This document shows, piece after piece, positions 22,268 to 34,200 of a stretch of 64,000 nucleotides of DNA. Every line of letters starts with the position of its first letter. Within the stretch, counting starts at the first letter, position 1. A program made the position numbers and the translations under genes. The stretch is taken from NCBI GenBank assembly GCA_047495785.1, contig JBLDXI010000013.1, positions 1,302,001-1,366,000 on the forward strand, written 5' to 3'. The notes beneath the pieces were generated by a model. That model saw nothing but the letters and a program-made list of their open reading frames with translations, did not search any database and had not been told where the DNA came from. Source of the DNA: Lepidodermella squamata. Taxonomy: Eukaryota > Animalia > Gastrotricha.

Positions 22268-24577
22268 ATGGCCTCAACGGCCGGCTTCATAACGTCAACA
22301 ATAAAAGCCTTAACGAAAACAGGCGCTGCAGCGTTCAGCGGTAGAACAACAGCGGCGACAAAAGCCTCGGCTCAATTGATGCTCGGTAGCATATCACCGC
22401 GGTTGCTAAGCTCGACAACGCTGGCAATGGCCACCGCCAGCAGTCGTACAACAACCGAGCCGCCTGAAATACCCAAAAAGGTATGATAGCTGACTTTTTG
22501 TTCATCATCTCCGCATTACTTTTCGGATATTATTATTACTCATATATATAGCTGTTATCATCTCGTTTAATAATAGTATTATGTCGCTAAAACCGCTGTG
22601 CGTTTTATTTGAGCCGTGCGATGAGCAGCCAAGCGAGCCGGTTTGTATTTATTAGTTACAATAATCGCTGTCTTGTCATGAATGTATCGGCGACTCGAGT
22701 TGCCAGTTTCTGCTCTTGCGCTGTCTTCTTGCCTTATTATGCCGCTAAAGCGCGCGTGATGATGCTCCAAGCGCATTATCACCGCCACGTAAATATCTTA
22801 TAGGTTTACTACTGAGATGAGCAATAATGATAAGAAAAATAACAACAACACTGCGGCGATCTTGTACCTGCTGCTGTCTGCGCGTTCTGACTCATGCGCT
22901 GCGGCTCAAAAATATATTACAACAGCAATTAATTGATATACCCCGTTGATATGGCGATATAATGTAGCAACAACGTTTTTGCCGCCAGGCCACAGCTATT
23001 ATAGGAACTAATTATTACACGGTTTCTTCTTCTATCAGAAATAATGCGCAAACTTGGCCAAGTGGAAATTCAATTAAAAATTTGAATTACATGCTTGGAT
23101 TGTGATTGAATTTTCCAATTAATCTATTTCTAGGTTCTGAAGCCGCAAACAGTCGGAGACATTATTGCCTTCATTTCACTTACCCTCGGATCCTACCTCG
23201 TCGGAGCTTTACTCGCTATCGTTTTCAAGTAAGTTCCGGTCCCGAGTTATTTTCACTTCCGCATTGGTGCATGCGCTTGCTTTGCTTGCGTTCTGTGAGC
23301 GTGACCATTTTGCTATCCAAACAGCCAGTTTGGTGACACAGTTATATATAGCGCTGTGCATTTTTTTTAGGGAATTTAGCTCGATCTAAATTGCACCAGA
23401 CTTATGAACTACAACATTAATTTGCATATTACAGCCTGCACATATTTTTACAATTAAATGTTCATATTTTATCCGCGGGCAATTTCCATCAATTTTCTCG
23501 CGTCGTTATTATTAATTACAGCAAAATTCGTTTGCCGTAGCGGTCGCAAAATGAGGTTAAGATATGAAAAATTCAGAAATTTTGGGATGATCGAGCAATT
23601 CTATTAGTTTTTTCAAACCCATTGAGCGACGAATCTAACTAGCTGAAAGATGATTTTTTGCATAGTTATTTTGTAATTGACCTTAATTTGTTGTACTTTT
23701 TATTATTGCTAGAGCGTTGTTCAACTTCGTTCAAAGCAAATACCGTCGGAAAAGTAAAGCAATGATGAACACTCAGCAACAAAACCCACTGCTGGACCCT
23801 AATGGTCAAAATAATTCAGCTCGACGGCGATCATCAGGTATTAGCAATTCAAGCTCAAGCAGCGCTGGCTCAGGTACGCGTTGGCGCTTCGGCAATGCTG
23901 GCGACCAGCGGCGGCTGTCGACTATTTTCGAAGCAGCAGCTTACGAAGGCGACGAAAAAGCTGACGAGATGATCGTCCCGGTTCAGATGCCGCAGTCGTG
24001 TTATGCCGTTGCAAACCAGTCCTACGATTTGGTTGTCAAGTCGCCGCAGAGACAGTCGCAATACCAGCCAACGCCGGTTCCTGTTGTCAAGTTGCAGAAG
24101 CCACCTACCCCGGAAAGGTCGAGCCGAAGTCAGAGTCTAACTAGCAGCAGCTCGCTACCTATTTTAGTCCCATCCACTCGCCGGCCTAGTGACCAGACAT
24201 ACAGTCAGAACTTCCGAGAAGAGTACTTGCCTCCGAACCCTGAAATGGCGAGTAGCAGCCAAGAGCGCTTCCTTCCGCCCTTGCCACCACCACCTGTACC
24301 ACCACCGCCAGCTATGGTCCCACTTCGAAGCAATATTCAATATACCAACTATTGCCAGCCGACTACGGCAGTTCTGGTGCGGGGCCAGCCACCGGAGAAG
24401 CATTACCTGCCTTATTATCAGAACCAGCAGCAAATTATCCAGGCAGCTCTTCAACAGCATTATTACCAAAATTACCAACCGCCTTTGTACATAATTGGTA
24501 AGGAAAATTTTCACTGAATTAAGGCATTATTTCGTCTCATTTTTTCAGAGTGCTTCGGCGTTGGTGAGGATGTATAG
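22268..24577 (+). CDS. Orphan single-pass membrane protein (4 exons, about 373 aa)
   Basis: Exons 22268-22480, 23134-23228 (TM: IIAFISLTLGSYLVGALLAIVF), 23713-24497 and 24549-24577 join in frame with canonical GT-AG sites. Thr/Ala-rich N-terminus and Pro/Gln/Ser-rich tail. Confidence 0.7.
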
Positions 24578-24834
24578 AAAACCCGCGGCTTTCGTTCACA
24601 AAAAGTATTGTTGCTTTATTGGCAAGTCTGAGAAACTTCAAGTGCGAATTTGCGACATTCATTCATATTATCATACTCAACAATTATCGTGCTAAATTAT
24701 GAAATTTCTCACTGAAATAAAAGTCTCTAATTATTCAAGAGTCATGTCTAATATTCAAATATATCGAATTCGACTACAACATTGAAAGACACCAGAGAAC
24801 GAGATTGGCAGTATATATTATAAGTCCTTGAGCT

Positions 24835-27800
24835 TCAATAGTAAAGTTCTTTCGCGGCCCATGATTCCATGCCATACTTTCTCAAAGCCCATTTGCGACT
24901 CTCATCGTAGAGCAAAATCGCCAGGGAAAACGGCAGGGCTGGTAACCACCACGTGAACCTGAAATAAAATTCCACCTTAATATTTTCTATTCATCAATCA
25001 ATTCGATCTCTGACCTGAGAGGCTGCATGTTGAGCCCTTTATCCATACCAGGGCAGTAGGATAGGAAAGCGGCCAGGGCGGTTTCGAAGAAGAGAGCGAA
25101 GGTCATCTGGTGGTTGCGCATGCCCTGGTGGAACAGGGACAGACGACGGGTCTTGCAGATGAGCAAGTCGGTCCACTGCACGATGACGATCGACGCGAAG
25201 TAGGCAGTGTGGCAGGTGTATTCGAGACGCTTGCGCTGGTTGAACGTCCACTCCTGGCCGTAAGAATCCATCACGTCGTTGTAACCCTTAGCTTCCCACT
25301 GACTGCGTATGCCGAGTAGACGCCACGGCAGGAAGCCATTTTCGCCCATTATTGCGAATGTAACGAAAAATCCTGCCGCAGCCTGGATCATACCGATCTG
25401 CCCATAAGCCATTAGGATCAATTTATCGTTCACGAGTTTATCTCGCCCTGAATCACGTGGTTTCCGCTTCATTAGGTCAGATTCAGGCTGTTCGTAGGCA
25501 AGCGATATAGCTGGGACCATATCAGTCCCCAGATCAATGCAGAGGATCGTGATGGTTCCAAGGGCTTGGGGGACATCGAGGGTGATGAAAAACAAGAACG
25601 GGCTGATTTCAGGGATGTTTGACGTCAGAGTGTAAGCGATTGACTTCTTCAGATTGTCGAAGATCAGACGACCCTCTTCGACACCAGTAACGATCGAGGC
25701 GAAGTTGTCGTCGAGCAAGATCATGTCGGCGGCCTGTTTCGAGACATCCGACCCTGAAATTCCCATCGCTATACCGATATCGGCCTTCTTTAAGGCGGGT
25801 GAGTCGTTCACCCCGTCACCTGTTACCGCGACAATAGCACCCTGTCGCTGACACCCTTCGACTATCAACAGCTTTTGTTGAGGACTCGTTCTCGCGAAAA
25901 CGATTTCGCCATGCGTTTTTAGAAGTAGGTCAAGGTCTTCAGGTGACATTTCGCGCAGCTGCGATCCTCGAACTACAGCAGCTTCGGCTTCGTTCGGGTT
26001 CACCTGGGCGACAGGAATGCCTCTTCTCAGCGCAATGTCTTCAACAGTTTCTGATTCTGGGCTTATTATCCCGACAGATTTCGCGATAGCTTTCGCGGTG
26101 ATCGGGTGGTCGCCAGTGACCATGATAACGCGAATACCGGCAGATCGGCATTTCGCAACCGCATCTGGCACGCCGGGTCGGGGCGGATCGATCATTGACA
26201 TCAGTCCAACAAAACACAGATCTTTCAATGGGAAATTCGGATTCTCAGCGTCAAATTCGAAGTCTTTCGGGAATTTATCTTCAGGTAGACGAAGATGGCA
26301 GAACCCCAAAACCCTGAAAATTGCATGAAATTACAGTAAAAAGTGAGGTTAAAAGTTAGCGGCAAACCTTTCTCCAAGTCCTCCTAGCAGCAGGCAAGCT
26401 TCGTTGAACATTTTCTTCTCCCGATCTCCGAGCGGCATTTCTTCGCCATTAATCAAAATCGTCGACGATCGCTCTAAAATTCGCTCAGGCGCGCCCTTCA
26501 TCGCCAGCAAAAACCTTTTATCCTCGATTTCATCCGACGCCGGTTCATGAATCGACAGTTGAAACTTGTTGACGCTGTTGAACGGAATTTCCATTCGCTT
26601 TGGCCAGACTTTACGAAACGCGTCAACATTGCCGTTAGCCATCTCGCAGCACTTGAGCAGCGCTGATTCCGAGCCGTCGCCGATACATTCGCGCTTTAAA
26701 ATCGGAATTTTCAGCTGATTTTGCTTGAACACCGCCCGGTTGCACAGCATAGCTATGCGGCTCAGTTCACTCCAACCGCTTTCTTTCATGTAGCCGGACT
26801 CAGTCTGCGGCTTGAATGGATCCACCTCAAAAACGCGTCCGTTAAACCACATGTGAGCGACCGTCATTCTATTTTGCGTCAGAGTTCCAGTTTTATCCGA
26901 ACAGATCGTTGAAGTCGATCCCAATGTTTCAACAGCTTCGAGATGTTTAACCAAACAATTCTTCCGGGCCATTCGTTTCGCGGTTAAGGTCAAGCAAACC
27001 GTAACAGTGGCCAGCAAGCCTTCAGGGACATTAGCAACAATAATCCCGATAAGAAAAATCGTCGCGTCAAGCCAGTAGTAGCCGAGAATGAACGCAATTA
27101 TGAAGAACGCAACGCCTAGGAATATGGCAAACCCCGTTATAATGCGGATAAAATGCTCGATTTCGATAGCAATCGGCGTCTTCCCCATATTCAACGACGC
27201 TGTTAACTGCGCGATGCCGCCCATGAACGTTCGATCGCCAGTTAGCACCACAACCCCAATGGCGGTTCCTTCGATAGCGTTTGTTGAGAAAAACGCGATA
27301 TTTTTCGTCTCGAGTGGGCTTTCCGATGTGCAAACGGGTGTTCGAGCTTGCGGTTCGGATTCGCCGGTCAGCGATGAATTGTCCACCTTAAAGCCGCGCG
27401 ATTCCAATATGCGAACATCTGCCGGGATGCGATCACCGCCCTTCAAAACAACGAGATCGCCTAGCACTAGTTCTTCTACTCGAATTACAGATTCGACCCC
27501 TTCGCGGATAACTGTCGTGTTTTGGGGGACAAATTTCATGAATGAGTCCATTGTCCGCGACGTTTTCGCCTCCTGATAATAGCCGAAACACCCGGTTAGG
27601 AATATGACAATCGCCAGGGTGACCCCCAGGTACAAATTATCCTCCGGAGGCTGTTCGTAGGTCGAATATTGGATCGAGTAGGCTATGAAGCAAAGCAGTG
27701 ATCCGGTCCATAGCAACATTGCGAAGCCTCCGAACATATTTTTGCAAAATTTCACCCATTCCGGGGTCGTCGGGGGCGGGGTGAGTTGGTTAGGCCCATG

Positions 27801-28112
27801 AGCAAGCAGTAGCTCTCTGGCTCTTGTATGAGAGTGACCCTGGGAGGTGAATAAAAAAACGTGAAAATTTCAGGTGAGATAATTAATAAAAACCTTCTTG
27901 AGATCGACGGCGAAGCGTTGACACAATTCATCGAGTGCGATGATGTGCACGTCAGTATTTATTTCTCGCTTCAAATCTTCTAAGTTGCGCTGTTGTTTGC
28001 CACCACGAAAACGCTGCCGTAGCTGGTCTGTGAAGCTTTCATTTCGTGGCAGGCCTCCAGCGGTGCGCTTTGCGTGGCCGCCGAGCATTGGCTGACTCTC
28101 GCCCGGGGGCAT
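24835..28112 (-). CDS. ATP1A: Na+/K+-ATPase alpha subunit, copy 1 (4 exons)
   Basis: P2C motifs TGES, NVPEGL, CSDKTGT, KGAPE, TGDGVND, TSNIPE and CIDLGTD; C-terminus KELYY*. Confidence 0.96.
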
Positions 28113-29150
28113 TGCTCAACAAACACGACAGGTAGGTATTATTTGCGACGGCAGGAAAATTTTAAACAAAAGTGCAACAAATTTTCTTGTTTCTCTTCTC
28201 TCTCGCTTTCGAGTGAGTGTGACGACGTGTGCTGAGGGATAGGTGCAAACTCGGGCAACGCTTGCTGTCAAGCCGCACTCACACCTTGTCATCTGCGGAA
28301 CCGCCCTCGTGCAATTTTTGACAGTGACATGAATTACCGCTGACAGGTACCACATCGGCATTATAGTCTCTGCATCTCTTCATAATTATTTTCGCCAATT
28401 TTCAACTCCTCCTGGTGCCACAACTATAATGGAAGAAATAAATGGTAAGTATTTCCTTTTTTTATATCGACGATGATTTTAGTTTTCAACACTTCAATGA
28501 GCCAATTACTTTGCGGAGGTATACTTAACCATAACGTGGTATATCATTATTAGTCTGTCTGTGATAAAGAGCGGTATCGATAACACAATCTTCGATCTCC
28601 ACTCAGACAAAATCAACCAGCTCTTTTTATGGCGGCGCCATATTATGATATATGATTTTGCGCTGCTGATAATGCAATGTTCTCATCCGCGTAGTTTGAT
28701 TTCTTTATAATATTCTAGACAGAATGGGTACGGCACTTTCTATTGCTATTTTATCTCTCTAAATTATGTCTTATATTCCTGCTGTGCATCTGCATGATTG
28801 TTCTAAGCCCTCGCCATGCTCGCCCGACGTCTACTATACAAGCATGTGAAGATATTCATAAATCTATATAAATAAGTATATACGGGAGCATCGATAGCCT
28901 CAAATCGCGCGCCAATGTTTTATATTGCGTTACTAACATACATTTTCTATGAAAGAAAAAGGAAAGAACCAAGAATATTACATCGCACGTGAGAAAATCA
29001 GTGTAAGCGGCGGCGAGCAGGAAATGAAACTATAACTAAAAGCGAACGGGCGGAATCGCGCGCACTATAATATTCGTCTGGCAGTTCTTATCAGCGCCTA
29101 GGCATCTAAGCTGCATTGAAAAGAAATGCAAATACGTTCAGCTGCCATTT

Positions 29151-29173
29151 TATTATTATTATTATTATTATTA
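29151..29173. repeat. (TAT)7 microsatellite
   Basis: Uninterrupted TAT triplet run seen directly. Confidence 0.85.
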
Positions 29174-31291
29174 CTATATAGCCGCATTCAGATTTAGACG
29201 AAAAACCACTGTAGTGAGAAAATGCGCCTGTTTTCGCATCGCTAGAGCAACCGCGCAGACAGCATCCGCAGCAGCAGCAGCAGTTCGTGCTATAATAAAA
29301 AAAAAGAAAAAAATTGTGAACGAAATGAACACATCAATTGAAAAATTCTATAAAAAACAGACAGAAAATTCAAATTTTAAATTCTTTGGTTTTATTATTT
29401 TACAATCATCAACTATAATATGTTCATATCATTTCAACAAGCTATATAGTATCCATAATTATTTGTTTATATATATATCCAGTCACGAAATGAATGCGTA
29501 GCTTTGAACTCTTGGTTGACGAAGTATGCCCCAATTACATACGCGTATCATAAACGAATCCTTGAAGACTATAACAAAACGACATAGACAATATTCAGCG
29601 TAATTTATATAGACTTTAAATCAATAATAATAATGTATAGCGCAACGCATAGCCCTCATCAGCGAACTTAAAGTTGAAGAACAAGATAGCGTTTAACGTG
29701 ACATATTTTATGTACAAGTAACACAATGGAGGAAATTTCTCGAAAAAGGTGTGTTTGCTGTTTGCTCTCAGTTTTTTGACGCTTCACCTAGTTACGACGC
29801 TCTTGAATCAACAAAAAAGCTGCTTCGATAAAACATCAGATAAACGCACTGTTCCATGAATTTATTCGAAGTAATTTTAGGTAATTTACATATTTATATA
29901 GTAGATGATTTACCTATAATTAAGATATAACCACGTGAAAAGCCGAAAAAGAAGAATGAACAAGAAGGACAACGCAGCATATCTTGAAGAGCGCGAGAAG
30001 AGAATATTGAATATTATATAATTTCATGCCTAAAGACGCCAGTAATGACCATCTCTAGCTTTCTTGAAACGTAAACGCAAACACAAACATGATGGCAGAG
30101 AAAAAGCCGCTGAACAACTGATTTCACTTGTTCAATTATTGTTATTGTTATTGACGAATATTCTCGTAGTGGGACACGGAAAATAAGGTAGGAGCAATTT
30201 GTTTTATCAATATTTGTCATAATTCATCAACCGAAGATGGCGAGTTCTTCTTTATAAATTTCATCTATCATCTTTCCACTCTTCATACTTGAAACCGGAC
30301 GAAAAATAAGGATGAAAATACAAAATCATGCTAAACATATGTTGTAGGTCTCTCTCTCTAAAGCATATTTCAGTGTATACAAAGAAAGTGGTGTGCCTTT
30401 GGTGAACGGCAGAGAGAAGAAGATGAAGAAACCAGCGTGAATAGGCGTGCACTACTTCGTTTTGCTTCGCGCTGAAAATAAACTGAAATCACTGTCCAAC
30501 AAAGATGATACGATAGTAGCTTTATTATTATCATTTTTACTTTGATACATACATAGATACTGATGCGTTTGCCAGTCCGGGCACTTTTACAGTGAATCAC
30601 AACAAAATTTAGACATACTATGACATTAGTGACTACTCGTTCCGCTGTTCTTCTCGTTCAGTCGCGCAACAACCCCAATCTCCAATGGTTTCTCCTCTCG
30701 TCACTTTACTCAATCAACAATTTCAAAATTAGAACGCACTAGATTGACCACAGGCCGATAATAGTAACCAGTATGTACATCAAAGTGCAGGCAGTAGTTG
30801 GTTTAGTTGCGGACGATGGCGATCGCGGTGAAGTAAAGTTATGTACAAAGAAAATATTCAAAAATCGCACGTGGAAACAGTCCGTAGTCAATTATTTTAC
30901 GATTTTGAGGTAATGGATAATGGATAATGGTTTGTCAACAATTGTAATTTCGACTTCGAAAAGTTCCTAGTAACATGAATTGTTGTCTAATAAGATCGAT
31001 CTGACGGGTATGACAAGTTTCGAATGACATCTTTTGAAGTCAACATCACCTAAATTTAGAAGCTATCGTCGGTCACATAGTAGGATGTAGGGGCGAGACT
31101 TTTAATATTAATTTTGTACAACAGCTAAATCAGCAGCTGCACTGCCGATCATGGGCGCGTGAAGCTTATAACAGTCAAATTTGTAGTTCTTCATTATCAT
31201 CATCATCAAAAAGGAGAAAAGTTAGTCCTTTATCAAGTTTGATGAAATTTCGTGAAACAGTTGATAGATAAAGTTCCATATTATATATAGT

Positions 31292-34200
31292 TTAGTAGTA
31301 TGTCTCGCGCGCCACCCACGAATTCATGCCTCGCCTTCTCAGCGTCAGCTTACGGCATTCATCGTAAAGGAGGATCGCCAGGGAGAATGGCAGTGCAGGG
31401 AGCCACCAGGTAAACCTAAACAAATCCACCTTAAAAATAGTCAACTCAACAATTTGCTGAATCACTCACCTGAGCGGTTGCATGTTAAGACCCTTGTCCA
31501 TGCCTGGGCAGTAGGACATGAAGGCAGCAAGGGCAGTTTCGAAGAAGAGAGCGAAGGTCATCTGGTGGTTGCGCATGCCCTGGTGGAACAGGGACAGACG
31601 ACGGGTCTTGCAGATGAGCAAGTCGGTCCACTGCACGATGACGATCGACGCGAAGTAGGCAGTGTGGCAGGTGTATTCGAGACGTTTGCGCTGGTTGAAC
31701 GTCCATTCCTGGCCATACGAGTCAGTGACATCGTTCAGGCCCTTGGCTTCCCATTCGGCACGGATGCCAAGCAGGCGGTTTGGCAAGAATCCGTTCTCAC
31801 CCATGATGACAAAGGTGACGAAGAAGCCAGACGCGGCTTGGATCATACCGATCTGGCCGTACGCCATCGAAATGAGCTTGTCGTTGACAAGTTTGTCACG
31901 GCCAGAATCACGAGGTTTGCGCTTCATCAAGTCGGACTCGGCTTGTTCGTAGGCAAGCGAGATGGCAGGGACCATGTCAGTACCCAAATCGATACACAAG
32001 ATAGTGATGGTACCGAGGGCCTGAGGGATGTTCAGAGTGATGAAAAACAAGAACGGGCTGATTTCAGGGATGTTCGAGGTCAGAGTATAGGCGATGGACT
32101 TCTTCAAATTATCGAAGATCAGACGACCCTCTTCGACACCAGTAACGATCGAGGCGAAGTTGTCGTCGAGCAAGATCATGTCGGCGGCCTGTTTCGAGAC
32201 ATCAGAACCGGCGATACCCATGGCAATACCGATATCGGCCTTCTTCAGGGCAGGCGAGTCGTTGACACCATCACCGGTTACGGCGACGATGGCACCACCA
32301 CGCTGGCAGCCTTCGACGATGATCAGCTTCTGTTGCGGCGAGGTACGGGCGAATACGATTTCCGGATGAACACGGAGGAAGTCGTCAAGCTGAGCAGCGC
32401 TCATTTCACGCAGTTCGGAGCCGTGGATAACAGCGGCGCGAGCCTCTTTCGGGTCAACTTGCGAAACCTGGATTCCCTTGCGCATAGCAATGTCCTCAAC
32501 AGTCTCAGAACCGTCCGAGATGATACCGACCGACTTGGCAATAGCCTTGGCAGTGATGGGGTGATCACCAGTGACCATGATAACGCGAATACCGGCAGAG
32601 CGGCACTTGGCGACGGCGTCAGGGACACCGGGGCGAGGCGGGTCGATCATGGACATGAGGCCGACGAAGCGGAGTCCGGACAGAGGGAAGTTGACGTTTT
32701 CACCATCGAACTGGAAGCCTGGCGGGAACTTGTCCAGCGGCAGGCGGTAGTCACAGAAACCAAGCACACGCTCGCCGAGGCCTCCGAGTTCGAGGTAGGC
32801 ATCGTTGAACAGCTTCTTCTCCTTCTCGCCCAACGGAATTTCCTGGCCGTTGATCAACATGGTCGCCGAGCGTTCGAGGATGCGTTCAGGGGCTCCCTTC
32901 ATCGCGAGGATGTAGCGCTTGTCTGGGTCATTGCCCGGCGAGTGGATCGAGACCTGGAACTTGTTGACTGAGTTGAACGGGATTTCGATGACCTTCGGGA
33001 ACTGCTTGCGGTAGTTGTCGACGTTGCGGCAGGCGAGCTCGCAGCACTTCAGAAGCGCAGATTCAGAGCCGTCACCGATGCACTCACGCTTGAGAACGGG
33101 CAGGTTATCCTGGTTGGGCTTGAACACGGCGCGGTTGCATAACATGGCGACGCGGGACAGTGCTTTCCAGCCCTCTTCCTCCGACGAGTACTCAGCAGTA
33201 GATTGGTCTTCGCTCGTGTCAGCCTCGTAAACCATGCCGTTGAACCACATGTGAGCGACCGTCATGCGATTTTGCGTCAGCGTGCCGGTCTTATCCGAGC
33301 AGATGGTCGAGGTGGAGCCCAGGGTTTCGACGGCTTCCAAGTGCTTGACAAGGCAGTTCTTCTTGGCCATACGTTTCGCGGTCAGGGTCAGGCACACAGT
33401 GACGGTGGCCAGCAGACCTTCGGGTACGTTAGCGACGATGATACCGATAAGGAAAATCGTGGCGTCGAGCCAGAAGTAGCCGAGGATGAACGCGATGACG
33501 AAGAACGAAACACCGAGGAAAACGGCGACGCCGGTGATGATGTGGATGAAATGCTCGATTTCGCGGGCAATAGGCGTCTGGCCCATCTCGAGGCTGGCGG
33601 CCAGCTGAGCGATACCACCCATGAAAGTTTTATCACCAGTCAACACGACCATGGCAGTACAAGTGCCCTCGACGGCGTTGGTCGAGAAGAAAGCCAGGTT
33701 ACGAGTCTCAAGAGGCGAGTCGTTGGTGCAGTCGGGCGAGCGGCTCTGCGGCTCAGACTCACCGGTGAGCGATGAGTTGTCCACCTTAAAACCGTGCGCT
33801 TCCAGAATTCTCACGTCTGCCGGTATACGATCTCCTCCTTTTATTACCACGATGTCGCCGAGGACGAGGTCCTCGACGTGGATGGTCTGTTGGACACCCT
33901 CGCGGATAACAGTCGTGTTCTGCGGCATAAATTTCAAAAACGAGTCCATGATACGCGACGATTTCGCCTCCTGGTAGTAACCGAAACAGCCGGTTAAGAA
34001 AATGACACCGCCGAGAGCGATGCCCAGGTAGAGATTATCCTGAGGAGGTTCTTCGTACGCCGTGTACTGAATACCATACGCGACGAAACATAGCACCGAG
34101 CCGATCCACAGCAACATGGCGAAACCGCCGAACATGTTCTTGCAGAACTTGACCCATTCGGGTGTAGTTGGCGGGGGCGTCAGTTCATTTGGACCATCAC

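Noticed and set aside
31454-32971. 505-aa plus-strand ORF antisense to ATPase copy 2
   Set aside because: Shadow ORF expected from the strong GC3 codon bias of the sense gene. It has no independent protein features.
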